Assembly: GCF_006345805.1 (NCBI RefSeq)
Contig: NC_042998.1
Location: forward strand, 121,830,001-121,894,000
Source: Octopus sinensis
Lineage: Eukaryota
Reading direction: 5' to 3'
DNA: 64,000 nt
A program made the translations under genes and the position numbers. Under the pieces are notes generated by a model. That model was given only the letters and a program-made list of their open reading frames with translations, was not told the origin of the DNA and did not search any database. Shown here piece by piece: positions 1 through 13,019 of the stretch (positions are counted from its first letter, which is position 1; each line of letters starts with the position of its first letter).

Positions 1-49
1 TGATAAGGTATTTTAATGATGCTATAATAACTCTGCCAGCTTACTGCCC

Positions 50-267
50 TTAACATTTTAACATTTAAACCAGTCATATCAAGCCCAAATATTCTACCTA
101 CTTTATGTTCAGACCAGCCAGATCCTGCCTCTCATACCTATTTTACAATGTCATTCTAAAAATAAACATTCACATCATTGAGATCTTGAAGCTACAAGAT
201 AATACAGGATTTATTTAAAACAATATGGATTACATTTGACAGAGTAATCTCAATGCTAAAGGGTTAA
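50..267. mobile_element. TTAA-flanked MITE (piggyBac-like ends), ~220 bp
   Basis: Ends in aatgctaaagggTTAA (267) and starts with a degenerate ttaacatttta. A second diverged copy with the same internal sequence lies at 59651-59874. Confidence 0.6.
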
Positions 268-279
268 TAATTATATCTA

Positions 280-692
280 ATTTAGGCTCAAGGTCAGTAA
301 TTTTGAAGAAAGAGTTTAATTGATATTATTTGATTGGCATCTGATTTTATCGCCTCCAAAAGGATGAAAGGCAAAGTTGGCCTTAGTAGGATTTGAGCTC
401 AGAATGTAAAGAGTCAAAATAAACAGTGCAAAGCGTTTTTCCAACCCTCTAATGATTCTGTCAGCTCACCTAATGATAGTCTTTTTTATTTTAGGCACAA
501 GGCCTGAAATTTTAGGGAAGGGAGCTAGTCAATTACATTGACCCCAGTGCTTAACTGGTATTTATTTTATTGACCCTGGAAGGATGAATGGCAAAGTTGA
601 CCTCAGGGATTTGAACTCAGAAAGTAAAGAATCAGAACAAATATTGCAAAGCCTTTTTTCTTATGTTTTAATGATTCTGCCAGCTTGCTGCT

Positions 693-741
<49 letters not shown>

Positions 742-975
742 TTTCAAATTCTGGCACAAGGCCAGCAAGTTTGGGGTAGGAGGTAGGTTGATTATATTGA
801 TCCCAGTGTTCAACTGGTACTTATTTTATTGACCCTGAAAGGATGAACGGCAAAGTTGACCTAGGTGGAATTTGAACTCAGAATGTGAAGAAGGACGAAA
901 AGCCACTAGGCAGTTTGCCTGGCATGCTAGTGATTCTGCCAGCTCACTGGCTTAAAAATAATAATAATAATAAAA
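280..975 (-). mobile_element. Three head-to-tail copies of tRNA-type SINE family A; the last two separated by (AAT)n
   Basis: Repeated block ...aaggatgaaaggcaaagttgacct...atttgaactcagaa...gattctgccagct at ~280-470, ~480-695 and ~740-955; (AAT)15 at 695-739. Confidence 0.75.
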
Positions 976-1185
976 TTAATCCCAAGCTAAAATTACAATG
1001 TGACAATATAGAACGCAATTATAGTAACCATGTAATGTTCAGCTGAAGCAGAGAATGTGAATGGGATTCTTCATAGAAAAACATTAAGGAAATGTATATG
1101 AGTGTAGGTCTATATACATGTGTGTTTGTATGTATACATATGTGTGTGCATGTGTGTGTGATACACTCATATGTTTATGTGTATG

Positions 1186-1350
<165 letters not shown>

Positions 1351-1858
1351 ATAATATAAAATAGAAAAATAACAAAGATATAAACTGAAATGTAACATTT
1401 GTTTTTAAGGGAAGCAAGTAAAATATTGCACTAACTTAGAAAAATATCAATATTAAACCAAAATGTTTTGCTTTGAATAGTTAACATCCCCAAGGACGTT
1501 CTGTATAATTCTGAATAAAAATATAAAAGCACTGCGGATGTGTGGGAAAAGTTTAGTTCCAAAAGCAAACTCTATTCTTTGAGATCATCGTATACTTAGC
1601 TGGGGGCAAGGATAAGGGATAGTCTAGTCTCAAAATTATAACTTTAAAAAAGTGTGCTTAAAAGAACAAAAATGATTAAAAAGAAAAAAATACTGGGTAG
1701 AAAATGGAATAATAAACTATGATTTGAAAGAAACAAAAGAAAGAAAAATGTTTAAAAACACCCCACAAAATGAAGGTCAGAATAAATCTATAATCCCATT
1801 TTTTTATTTTTGTATTTTTAAAATGCATTATTTTGATATTCTAGGGAAAGAAGAGTAC

Positions 1859-3745
1859 CTAATATTTTTCAGCCATCATTAACACAACTAACGCTGACCA
1901 CCCAGTAAATGGGTGACTGCCTTTACCTTTGCCAGTTCGATCATTATACTGTTCCCAAATGTAACCTGTTTCTGAATATTCTTTATACATGTTCCTAATG
2001 ATATTAGCTCTAAGTTGATCATAGATGGTCTTTGCCTGACTCTGGTATGGTCCTTCAGTTGTAGAGTAGTGGTGTAATGCCTGTAGTGCTAAATAGTTGA
2101 TGTTGATCCAGATAGCACCACGCCAGTATGGGGGATCATGTTCTGTGTTGTAGCGATTGTAGAGAGGAGCCGTTCGAGCTAATGAACGTAAACCGTAATC
2201 TGTCCACAAAAGTTGCGTGTCCTGTAGATCTTTCAAAATTTTCATCAATTTTGGAGAATCAGGATTGACAATCTTCAGTAGGAATGGGAAAAGACTTACA
2301 TAGCCAAAGGAATTTACAAACTGAATTTTAGGTTCAAATACATTTACTCTGACCTTTTCTAATTTAATTGGAGGCTGACCAGGTTTTGGCGGGGGTGCTT
2401 TAGGTTGCTCAAGTTTTACCTTGTCAGAGTGCAAACCAAAGTCACAGTATTGCTGTTTGCTTTCTGACCAATGAAATTCATTCATCAGTTGGTTGTCTGT
2501 CAGCATGTTGTAAGTTTCTTCATATGGTTTCCAATCCATTTTGAGTGTTTTAGCAATATCAAGCATCACTCCAGATGCAAGGGCCATCCAACATCTAAGA
2601 TCAATGTGACGTTCGTAATCTGTAGGATGTGATGCCCTAGGGTAGTCATCAAGACCTGATGTTAATGTTTTTGGATTTAATTCTCGTTTCACCAAAGGGT
2701 CTCTCCCTCGCCAACGATATGTACCTGGAATATTACCAGATTGTGTCTCATTGTAGAAAGCATACCAAGCTTTTAAGCGAGGGTAAACTGCTTTCAAAAA
2801 GGCCCGATCTTCAGGTTTTTCGCTCTTCACTAAAGTTTTAATGATTTTTTGCAATGGAAGGAAGAGTGTTGGGGGGTTAGCATTTGTATTATGTTGGACC
2901 ACAAACTCAGCTGGAACTTTTCTCTGAGCTTCTGAGCCTAAGATTTGCTCACGTGGTATCCAACCTTCCACATTTATTAAATCTAACCAGTGGGATATAA
3001 TGTCTTTAGAAATAGTGGGGTTCCATTGTACTATTAGTAGATTGTGAAAACCTTCATCCCAGAGGAAACCTCTAGGAAAGAAAGATCTTGAAGGTACAGC
3101 AGTATATAGAGAGGTTTCCCAGTATTTAACAGGTTCTGGTGTATAAATGGACTTCACCTGTGACTCACCAGAGAAATACCCAATACTTCCAAGCATATTA
3201 CTTAAGGCAGCTTTGGCAAAGTTGATTTCTTCAGTTTTGAAATCTTTCTCTTTTAAATGGAATGTATTTTCAAACTTGGTATCAAATTCTTCTACATAAC
3301 TATTTAATAAATTAGTGAAAGAATCTCCTTGTAACGAATTTTCTCTTCTGTAGCTTTGAGATTCAAACACTATTTCCATCTCTACTGGTAAAACAGCTGT
3401 GACCTGGTGTACTATAAAATTTGGACCACTTGGGGCATCTCTTGGTACTGATCTACCTCTCAATACAAAATAAGGGAGTGTTCTACCTTTGTCCCAAGCA
3501 TCTACTTTCAAATGACCTTGGACAGTTTCTTTCAAAATGTCTAGATTTGAGACATAAGTAACAAGATGATGGTATTTTTGATGCGTTGAAGTAGCTTTGT
3601 TAAATTTTAGTTCAAAGTCACCAAGCTCCTTAACATATCCTGAGATGGATTTCAGTCTGTTTTGTGTTGTTACAGTTTGCAAATTTCCTGGCCCATCTAG
3701 TGCCATATAAAACATCAGTGAGACAACCACATGTCTTTCAGAACT
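1859..3745 (-). CDS. MOGS: Mannosyl-oligosaccharide glucosidase (ER glucosidase I, GH63), terminal coding exon
   Basis: Open frame with GH63 motifs TAVPSRSFFPRGFLWDEGFH, GWIPREQILG, ANPPTL, NPKTLTSGLDDYPR (catalytic Asp), PPYWRGAIWININY, IWEQY (catalytic Glu) and C-terminal GWSALV..MAEKY*. Acceptor tttcAG at 3747-3746, phase 0; stop TAG at 1861-1859. Confidence 0.95.
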   Translation of the reverse strand, partial: SSERHVVVSLMFYMALDGPGNLQTVTTQNRLKSISGYVKELGDFELKFNKATSTHQKYHHLVTYVSNLDILKETVQGHLKVDAWDKGRTLPYFVLRGRSVPRDAPSGPNFIVHQVTAVLPVEMEIVFESQSYRRENSLQGDSFTNLLNSYVEEFDTKFENTFHLKEKDFKTEEINFAKAALSNMLGSIGYFSGESQVKSIYTPEPVKYWETSLYTAVPSRSFFPRGFLWDEGFHNLLIVQWNPTISKDIISHWLDLINVEGWIPREQILGSEAQRKVPAEFVVQHNTNANPPTLFLPLQKIIKTLVKSEKPEDRAFLKAVYPRLKAWYAFYNETQSGNIPGTYRWRGRDPLVKRELNPKTLTSGLDDYPRASHPTDYERHIDLRCWMALASGVMLDIAKTLKMDWKPYEETYNMLTDNQLMNEFHWSESKQQYCDFGLHSDKVKLEQPKAPPPKPGQPPIKLEKVRVNVFEPKIQFVNSFGYVSLFPFLLKIVNPDSPKLMKILKDLQDTQLLWTDYGLRSLARTAPLYNRYNTEHDPPYWRGAIWININYLALQALHHYSTTEGPYQSQAKTIYDQLRANIIRNMYKEYSETGYIWEQYNDRTGKGKGSHPFTGWSALVVLMMAEKY

Positions 3746-5629
3746 CTGAAACGGGAAAACAAGAGAAAAACAATTGTTACAATTAGAGAGTTTCTTGTGA
3801 GTAAAACAGCATTCAAACATGTTTTGGATTTTAAAACCTTACAAACATACAGATATTCAGAAGGAAGCAGCTCTTTTGATAATGTCTTCTCTTATCCTAC
3901 AGTCAGGATGCAATTAGTATACTATACTTTATTTGTAGTTTGTTTGTATTAGGTGTTTTATATATTGTACTGAATTTGTTTCATGGAACTTATTTTGTGA
4001 GAAAGAATTTAAAGGTTTATCTGAATAGGGATTTTACAACTGATATTTTATGTGTATATGGATATTTACTGTATTTCATGTATGTACAAACGATGTTGGT
4101 TTAAATGGATGTAATATATTTCTGCATTTACATCAAGCTTTGTTCAGTATCAAAAGTAGAGGAATGGGTTATTTTTCAAGCATATTTATAATTATTCAAC
4201 TATACACCTTGTCTGTTATAGTGAATATGTCATCTATGTATACAATGTAAAAAGTAACTGTGTATTTTGTTATTTATGTCTTGTAATTTATAGTAAACTT
4301 TATAACTCAGTCACATTGAATATACAAGTATTCTACATTCTAATCAGATGGTCATGCCTTATCAGAGTCCAACCTGTGCCAGCACAGAAAGTGGATGTTA
4401 AGTGATGAAGTTGATCAAGAAACCAATGTAATGCATTTGATAACATAATACAAAACAAAACTAAACAGAAAAAAAGTAGAACATAACACAATACTGAATT
4501 GCCACCAAAACTGGTCCTGTAAGCTATATTAATCAGATACCTTGTCAAAATATTAAAAGTTCTATAATAACGAGTGAAGAACAGACATATTCCCATGATT
4601 CCTTTTTATGGTAAAATAGTAATAATAACAATGATCACTGAAATCATATTATCTGGAAGATGCAACTAGAAATATTGAAATGTTGATGAACTGTATCAGT
4701 TAGTTGTTTCAAACAGAGGTAATTGCATTGCAGTAGAGTTACATTAGATATTGAAAATAAGATACTTATAAAATATTCAAAAATCAGAAGATTAAGAATG
4801 AAAGTTAGTGAATAAAAATTGACCATTTCTTCAGAGTTTCAAGGTCGGAGCCAGCTGACATTTGTCATAAGTGAAACCTGAAAAGCATGTAAGAGATTTG
4901 TGACTTGATACCTCCACCCTTGTCATACATACATAGAGCATGAATTATAAATGGGTAACACTGAAAACAAATGCAAAATGAGGTGTATTTCTGTGTTAAT
5001 AACAACAGTCTTTGCTCACCCTTCAACATAGAATTGCCAAATTATTTCATATATTTACTTCAATGTGGTTGTGTCAATCAATTTCCTCCACAAGTTGGAA
5101 TTATTGAAATTGTAAATGCAATCTCATGATGTTGGGGATGAGTAATAAAAAATTGTGTTTCATAATGCAGCTTCAATAATCCAACCTAATATACTGAATC
5201 TGGTCTAAGACAAAGAATATAATGAACAACATTGTAGTAGTGGTCAATTTTGACATGCCCTTCAGAGTTAGAATAAAGAAAAAAAAAACTTTCCCTCAGT
5301 CAAAGAATTGTGCTCCATATTTTTTTAGTCTTGTGAAGTTCTCTAAAAAGAGTTTAATGCAACTAGCTAAAATGCTATACATTCAACTGCATTTCTAATG
5401 CAGAAGCCAGGACATTTTACTAAATTAACATTCATTAAACTTTTCAGTATTATTTAAATGAAGAAGAATGTTGAATTTCTGCACATCACACTTGATCTGT
5501 ATTAATGATTTGTTAAAATCTTCTCGTTTATAGGAATTAATGTAATTTCATGTGAACTTCATAGCACTTTGTCATATATTCACACAGTTGTTAATTTCTT
5601 CTATATGCATAGTTGTATTATTGTTCTAT

Positions 5630-5835
5630 AGCCCTAGGTAAACTCTAATCAAGCAGAGGTATGATCAAAGGAATTCTAGATGTGACCATCCTGGCTTTTT
5701 TCTATGTATTGGTAATATGAGACTACATTTTCAATTTGTCCTTCTATAAAATGTGATTTTATAAGATATGATTTGAGGGTGATTTAGCTGATATTTTTAG
5801 CAATTTAAGCAATAATATAGAAGCTCCTTTGTTGG
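5630..5835 (+). mobile_element. Degenerate SINE-like interspersed repeat (family D)
   Basis: Motifs tatgatcaaagg..tgtgaccatcc and gatttgagggtgatttagctg recur at ~25845-26030, ~39935-40060 (reverse) and ~60420-60510. Confidence 0.5.
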
Positions 5836-6189
5836 CTCATAGTTGTGGCGTATCTTGTCCAAATGAATCAACAAGATTTTTTTTGCAGTGGTTAGTCAGC
5901 CTGGGGCTATTATAACAGAAGACATTCAAGGTAACATGCAGTGGGACTGAACCCCAAACTACATGGTTAGGAAGCAATGCTTGTACTCTTAGAGGCACAA
6001 AGATTAGTTCTCAAATGTTAGGAAGAAAAATTAAGCTGTATTTCATTTCATTTCATTTCCTTAGGAAAATCCAAAGACCTTTTATACCTATATGCAATAA
6101 ATAAATGAATGATACTGTCAGTACTTCTGATTAACTCTTCGTTATAAATGTGTGTGTGTGTGTAGGGTCTAATATAAATACACTCCTCA

Positions 6190-6321
6190 CCCCACGGGTA
6201 TGGCTATGAAGTCGAGAAGTTTGCTTCCCAGCCTTGAAGTTTCAGGATCAGTTCCACTGTGCGATAACATGAGCAACTATCTTCTATTATAACCTTGGGC
6301 TGACCAAGACTGAAACTGAAA
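6190..6321 (+). mobile_element. 5' half of SINE family B, abutting the LINE
   Basis: Matches the family B head (gcttcccaacc..ggttcagtcccactg..gggcaagtgtcttctactatagcc..gaccaaag..gaaactgaaa) seen at 31579, 51150 and 52093. Confidence 0.6.
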
Positions 6322-8969
6322 ATGTCTGCCATTTGTAACAACATGGAGGAGAACATAAACATCCTGGAGATTGCTGTCTTAGAGCAACAAAATTGGTTGG
6401 GGAAAACGATTCAGTCACTGAAGCATGTAGATCAGGATTCAATCAATAGCATCCCACACCAAATTGAGCTGCCAGACGGCCATAAGTGGTGGTAGAAGGT
6501 AGGAGGCCTCGCTGTTACTTGTGTGGCAGCAAAGAGCACCTAAAAACTAATTGCCCAACAGCGAAAGAACAACAACAACAACCACAACAGGGAAAAAGTG
6601 AAAGGAAAAAAGAACCCTTACTACCCACACCACCATCAACACAGAAGATAAGCAAAAGGAGTATGGCAAAAGAAACACACCAACCAAACCCACCAACATC
6701 AACAAATGAACATACAAGAGCACCTGGAAAAACACCACCAACAACAACAGCAAGAACTAAAGAAACAGAAAAACTAAAAAACAATTCAAAAACTGATTCC
6801 TCTTCCCTACATCACACACACCACACACAAACAATCAACAACCAACATCAATGAAAACAACAACACAACTTACACAAACACACATAGAAGCTTACAACAT
6901 GGCCCTAATCCTTTCTGATTCCTCAAAAATTTCATTGGAAGATGAAAGCAGTGAGGAATGGCAAATAGTCAGAAAAGGAAGGAGCAAAAAAACCCCAAAC
7001 AAATACAAACGCGAACAAAGCAGGGAGATATACAACTCCTGAAGACATTTCAAACCTAACACAAACAACAGCAACACCAATGCCAACACCACAAAAACAT
7101 ATACAGCAACCATGCTCACAGTCATAAACACTAAAAATAGATTTGATGGAATAAATCAAATCAAAAACAAACCTAACAAAAGATGACATAAAAACAAACA
7201 ACCACCCACACACAACACCACTGGAAAACATCAAAATATGATACAGCTCACCAAGCCTACACCACACACTAAAAGACATTTACCCTGGTGCGGTTGGTAA
7301 ATGCCAGAAATACCTTTCGAAAAAACTTTATTGGGATCTCCTTGATGACAGCAAAAACTTTTGAGCAGTTCCTTTCATTTGTGTTTTACTCATTAGGATT
7401 ATGATCAAGATTGGTTGTGTGAATGCATGTGGCTTGGGGTCCCCTTGGAAACAAGGGTACCGCTTAAATGACATAAAGTCACACACGTTAGAAATCATAG
7501 CCACAAGTGAGACCAGACTCCATAATCCACGGGCCTTAAAGTCCATGTTTGGTGGGCAGTTTAACATTTATTTTTCTCCTTGTCTGCTGAGAATGGGCGG
7601 TAGTAGCACGGTAGTACTTTTTCTCAAGAGTCTGGATCTCAAAGTAAAGACAATATTTATAGACCTGGAGAGTAGACTGGTTGTCCTGGATGTCGATGGC
7701 AGCAACGGATGTGTTTTTCGACTCATATCAGTCTATGCACCGCCTTTAACAGGTCAGGCAATCTGTTTGCTGCCAATACCTGTTAAAAGGAGGGCTGGGC
7801 ATGCCGTGGTTGATGATCTGCAGACATGCGCTGAAACTGCAACATCTCCAGCTCTATGTAGATGATGGTGAACAGGTGTGGTCGCAGTTTGTGAGGCGCA
7901 CTTTCTGCACCTCATCTCCATGACTGAACTGTAGTCGTGGATCAAAAAGAGGCTGAGGAAGGGTGAATGGCACCACGAGTGTCGCATTGCTCTTGAGCAA
8001 CTATGCTGTCCTGAGTCGACCTTGAGTAACTGCATCACAACCAAAGCATTCTATAGGGGATTAGTGGAGGGGAGGTACGATGGCGATCTCGGGGTGAACC
8101 CGGGTGTTGACAAGGAATACCTGACCCACCTGCTCAAGACGACTTTTGGGCCGGGACCTATTGACAACTTCCAGAGATCCCTGGCAGTGCTTTCGAGAAG
8201 TGCTACCCATTTGGGATAAACTCTACAGGCATGGCTTGAGAAACACAGGGCTGACTTGCCTGAGATGCGGTCAGAGTGACAAAACCATTCTGCATGCACT
8301 CGTACAGTGTCCAACCATTTTTGATCTATATCGAACGACTGCTATTGCGTGTGGGACGAGTCAGTTAATCAACTAAGTCTGTCGTGAATATTGTCATGCC
8401 CCCTTCCTTGAAACAGGAAGGAAGAGCCATTTTCATCGTCCTTGTGGCTATGACGAAAGAATGTGTCTGGTGGATGTGTCTGAAAGGTCTAGAGACAAAT
8501 ACTTTCCTCTCTGGTGAATCTCTCATCAACTTCTTCAAGTATCACTTGAAGAGGAAGGTGAGAGTAGAAAGGGAAGTTTTGTCTAGTGAATGCTTCAATA
8601 AAAGATAGATGAATGTAGCAAGGATGGCACAGAGTCACCTTGGGCATAATCCTGTGACCCCCCCCCCAAAAAAAAAGAAGGGAAAAAAGAGAGTCACTGT
8701 AATGTGTTTTTTTGCATGACATTATTGCTCGAGGTTACTGTTGACTTTTCTGTAGGCTTTTCTTTCCACGGATAAACCTAATCTGTTTCCCCTTTTATAC
8801 TATGACATTTCTGTGATACACGATCCCTACTGATCAGGTTTTTTTTTTAACGATCCCTTTTGATCGAATTCCTACCCACCCTTTTTTTCCTTCTTCTCTT
8901 CTCAAAAAGAAAAGCTCTACTTTGTATTTTGTCCCCTCTGTGTTCAGCCCTGTGTGGCCAATAAAAAAA
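6322..8969 (+). mobile_element. L1/Tx1-clade non-LTR retrotransposon, 5'-truncated and internally deleted (RT domain absent)
   Basis: ORF1 remnant with CCHC knuckle RCYLCGSKEHLKTNC (~6510-6560). ORF2 starts at 7401 with APE endonuclease motifs (IGCVNACGL, IIATSETRL, FRLISVYAP), then jumps at ~7752 to post-RT sequence (CCQYLLKGGLGMPW) and a C-terminal zinc finger CLRCGQSDKTILHALVQC. The 3' UTR ends in aataaaaaaa at 8969. Confidence 0.85.
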
Positions 8970-8984
8970 CATATTGTATGTGTG

Positions 8985-9026
<42 letters not shown>

Positions 9027-10978
9027 GTTTCTTTTTTTTTTTAGTTTTTATTGACCAAGTTCACTCACAAGGCTTTGGTTTTGTGACACACAAATACACA
9101 TATGTGTTTACATCTGCCACTTGCTTATTTAAATGTCATGATGTTCATGTGATTTTCTATTGGTATTTCTCCTGACAATAGATTGCCTGCTTGCTTTGTA
9201 CCTTTAAAGCTTTGTGGAATAAGAGATCCTTACTTGAAAGTCAGGGAAGAGTAAGCATCAGGAATGGCATCCAGCTGCAAAAAAATGCCCCAATAAATTT
9301 GCTGAAACCATGCTAATATGAAAAAGCAGACGTAAAGCAAATGAACAAATATATATGTTGAAGATAGAGGCTGCAGAGATTATTAGTCTAGGATGCTACT
9401 CTTAAAGACTTAGCAAATTGTGCCATGAAAATCTGTTATAATGAACAATTTCATTGTTGATGTATATGTTAACTTAAGAAATATAAGAAATTATAAACTT
9501 GAAAGTTTTTGAGTTTAAAGATGGCTATGCAGTATTAAGTCCTTCAGCAAGGCTCATTACCCTATACTTGCGACAATCAATCCAGTTTGAAACAGCTGTC
9601 ATCTTTACACTTGAAAGGTTATCAGAAAATATCCATTTACTGACTCTCTTCTTAATAATTCCTGAAAATTTACTGAACCAGTCATTTGTACCATGGAAAA
9701 TATATGCTTAGAAATATTGATTTCCTACATGGGTACGGAATCTCATAAGATGCCTTTTTCAAAGGTATTAACAGTAGATCTGAAGTGAAATAAATGAAAA
9801 TATTGATTTTTTTTATGTGCAGACATATGGTTTTTGAGTAGCAGAGAGAAAGAAATGGAAAGTTGTGGCGTTCATGCTCACTTGCTAGGTTGCTTCTTTG
9901 TCTTTCATCAACTACATACACTATATTTTTTACCCCTTGTTTCTTTTATTGCTTTCACAATACATTCAACTTGAATTTTGAAGTTGACTTCTACTTCCAC
10001 CCAAAACTACTTAATGTACTTGTCTTTTATCATCTCTACTATCTTATCTACTAAATACTGCTTTGCATACTTGCCAAATTATTCCTTCCTAGGTTTATAG
10101 CTTTATGGAGCTCCCTTTCATTTATGTTTCCCCTGCAGTTATTAACATACAGAAGTTCAAACTGAACATTAACTACATTAATGTCCTACCTCTGGGATAG
10201 CTTAAAAATATTGTGAATTCTTCCCTTTCTCTGACTGAACAAGATGGATAGAAATATTAATTTCTATCACCAGCATCATATCTCTGAATTTATAGGGAGA
10301 TGAAAGGAGGTTTTGTGATGGTCATGCCTTTACTAAGGACAATTAACAATGTTGAAAGAAATAGAAAACAGATCAAAAACTTAGCTTACTGGGAGCTTTC
10401 CTCTAATTAACAGCACTTGCTAGTGACTAAAAATATCAATTTCTTTTGATTGAGCAAAACTGTTTTATGTTTTTGGAGACAGCAAATAACAAGTTGTGAG
10501 ACAGCCATACTTTGCTTACAGAATATCAGTGACATGAGTAAAGTGAAATGGTTGTTGGCAAGAATTGAAATTGGGTCACATTGTTAGGAAAACTGACCAT
10601 ATTCTCTACAGCAGTTACCAAGAATAGAAAAAGTAATGAGTTTTAACTGGGTACAAAGCTGAACCCACCTATGTTTTCTAAGCTTGGAATATTTTTTTTT
10701 ATATGCACTGTTTAGTTCAGGTTTTATGGTACTAATAAAATAAGAAAAATAACCTTTCGTTGGATAGGATGTTAACTTATCACAGGTAATATTCTGAAAG
10801 CATTTGGTGCCTGTTTCTGGTAGTTAGGTGAATTAAAACATATGGAATTTAGTGTTTAGCTTAAATACACAAAGTAATATCTGCAATGAGTTTGGTACTC
10901 AATGGGTTTTGAACTGGTGATTCAATATTGTATCCACTTGAGCATTTCAGCTCCACCTAGCATATCATTAATACTTAT

Positions 10979-11134
<156 letters not shown>

Positions 11135-11423
11135 CAAAGGAAATGTTTATACTTTGGGTGGAATTTGATCAGAATATACAAAGGATGCAGGTGAATGATA
11201 TTAGCCTGGTACCCTGCCATTTCTGCCAACTTGATTTTCTAAATAGATGAAAATAATAAAACAAGAATTACAAGACTATCTTCAGGATTGCTGCAATAGT
11301 TAGTTAGCATTGAGAATGGAAAACATTTCAACATTCTGAAATATAAAGATTAAACTTTGTATAAATTAAAATCAAGGAGTAAAGCTGAAAGGAGTTGCCT
11401 GTTGGTTGGGAGTCAATGACATA

Positions 11424-12718
11424 TGAAGGTGGGCTGAAAAGTTCATAGGCTAACTATGAAAGAGTGATGTCAGAGCTGTAAAATCTTGCATGCATTGATT
11501 TTAACTCTCTTTTTATTTAAAAAATGCAGTCTCTCTCTCTCCAGATAAACTGACATTTGACCATTCAAAGAAGACTTCAAAAGTAATTAGTAGTGACTTC
11601 TTTTGAAAATGGACAAAACTGGGTATTGTGGTGTTATATCAAGTACCTGCAAAAAAGGGGTTTAGCTCCAAAAACATACATGCAGACATTTTGCGATGTT
11701 AGGGGATGGTGCTCCAGTTTTATCAACAGAGCAAAAGTAAGGAGCTGAATTTAGGAGGGGAAGGGAGAGTTTTGAAGATAACCTAAGGTCTGGATGTCCT
11801 GCAACAACCACTACCGAGGAAAACATTGATCATGTTCACCACATGGTGATGAATGACAGGTGATTGACTATAAACAAAATAGCCAATGCTATTAAGACAT
11901 CCTGTGAGAGAGTTCAGAATATTCTTTACAAAGAACTCGGCATAATGAAGGTTTCTGCTCAGTGGCTGTCTGTCATGTCTTCTGACACATGATCAAAAGC
12001 ATATAGAGTTGATTACATCATGAGAAAATCTGACATTGTTTGAGGCAGATCCTGCTGGTTTCTTTGAATGTTTCTTAACCCTAGATGAGTGTTGGGTTCA
12101 TCACTTTGAGATAGAGACAGAAACAATCCATGCAGTGGAAACATCCCTCCTCACCTGCTCTAAAGAAGGCCAAGGGTGTTTCATCTGCAGGGAAGGTGAT
12201 GGCTTCAGATTTTTGGGATGCAAAAGGTACTAACTATCTTCAAAAGGGATACACCATCAATGGAGAGTGTGATGCCAATTTGCTGAGTCAGTTATGAAAG
12301 TTTATTGAGACCAAATGCTCAAAAAAACTGACCAAAGGGGTCTTGTTTCTCCATCAAGGAAATGCTTCAACACACAAGTCCTTACTTTCAAAGACTGTGG
12401 TACATGACTGTGGCTTTGAACTGGTTGATTGCCCTCCCTTTTCTCCTGATTTGGCCCCATCTGATTATCATCTGTTCTCCAACATGAAAAATACTTGGCC
12501 GGGAACAAGTATTGAAGTGATGATGATGTCATTATCTGCTGTTGAAGACCTTTTGACCAACAGGATGAAAGTTTCTTCACCAATAGGATCCAAGCACTGC
12601 AACACTGATGAAAGAAGTGTGTGGACCACAAGGGGGACTATGTTGTAAAATAAACCTCATTTGGTCACATTCCATGAGAGTATCTTGGTAAGCTTATGAA
12701 TTTTTCAGCCAACCCTTG
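11424..12718 (+). mobile_element. Full-length decayed mariner (DD34D) transposon, 1295 bp
   Basis: TIRs tgaaggtgggctgaaaagttcataggctaac / gtaagcttatgaatttttcagccaacccttg, flanked by TA on both sides. Transposase pseudogene 11609-12653 with TLDECWVHHF, LHQGNASTH and PPFSPDLAPSDYHLF motifs, plus stops and frameshifts. Confidence 0.92.
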
Positions 12719-13019
12719 TAATTCCAAAGTATATTTGTCTTGAGTAAACTTGAAATAAAACATTTTATGACACCTAGCAGATGTAGTGGCCATAGAAGCC
12801 TCAATATACATTGGTTTCTTTTTGCTGGGTACAAGAGTAATTTTTGTAAGGAAGAGATAATGTTATGAGTCTCAATTTTTTGCTCAAGTGAGTTGAGTAT
12901 GACTTGTTGGATGCACATTGCACACATCCAAAGCATATAGAACTGCACATGATTGCACAGTGACAGTGCACAAATATTAGAGAAGTGTGTGCAGATGATT
13001 AAACCAACCTCAATATTTG

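Noticed and set aside
3746-3820. First 25 codons of the 653-aa ORF (MFECCF...FPFQ)
   Set aside because: This is intronic read-through upstream of the splice acceptor; the real exon starts at 3745.
4401-4435. gtgatgaag..gaaaccaatgta hammerhead-like string
   Set aside because: C3 is absent, there is no helix I, and the tgatga derives from a SINE (GAT)n tail.
6301-9079. Possible inversion placing two halves of one SINE on either side of the LINE
   Set aside because: The left SINE already continues to gaaactgaaa at 6321 through a small deletion. The reverse fragment at 9022-9079 is more simply an independent copy of a very abundant family.
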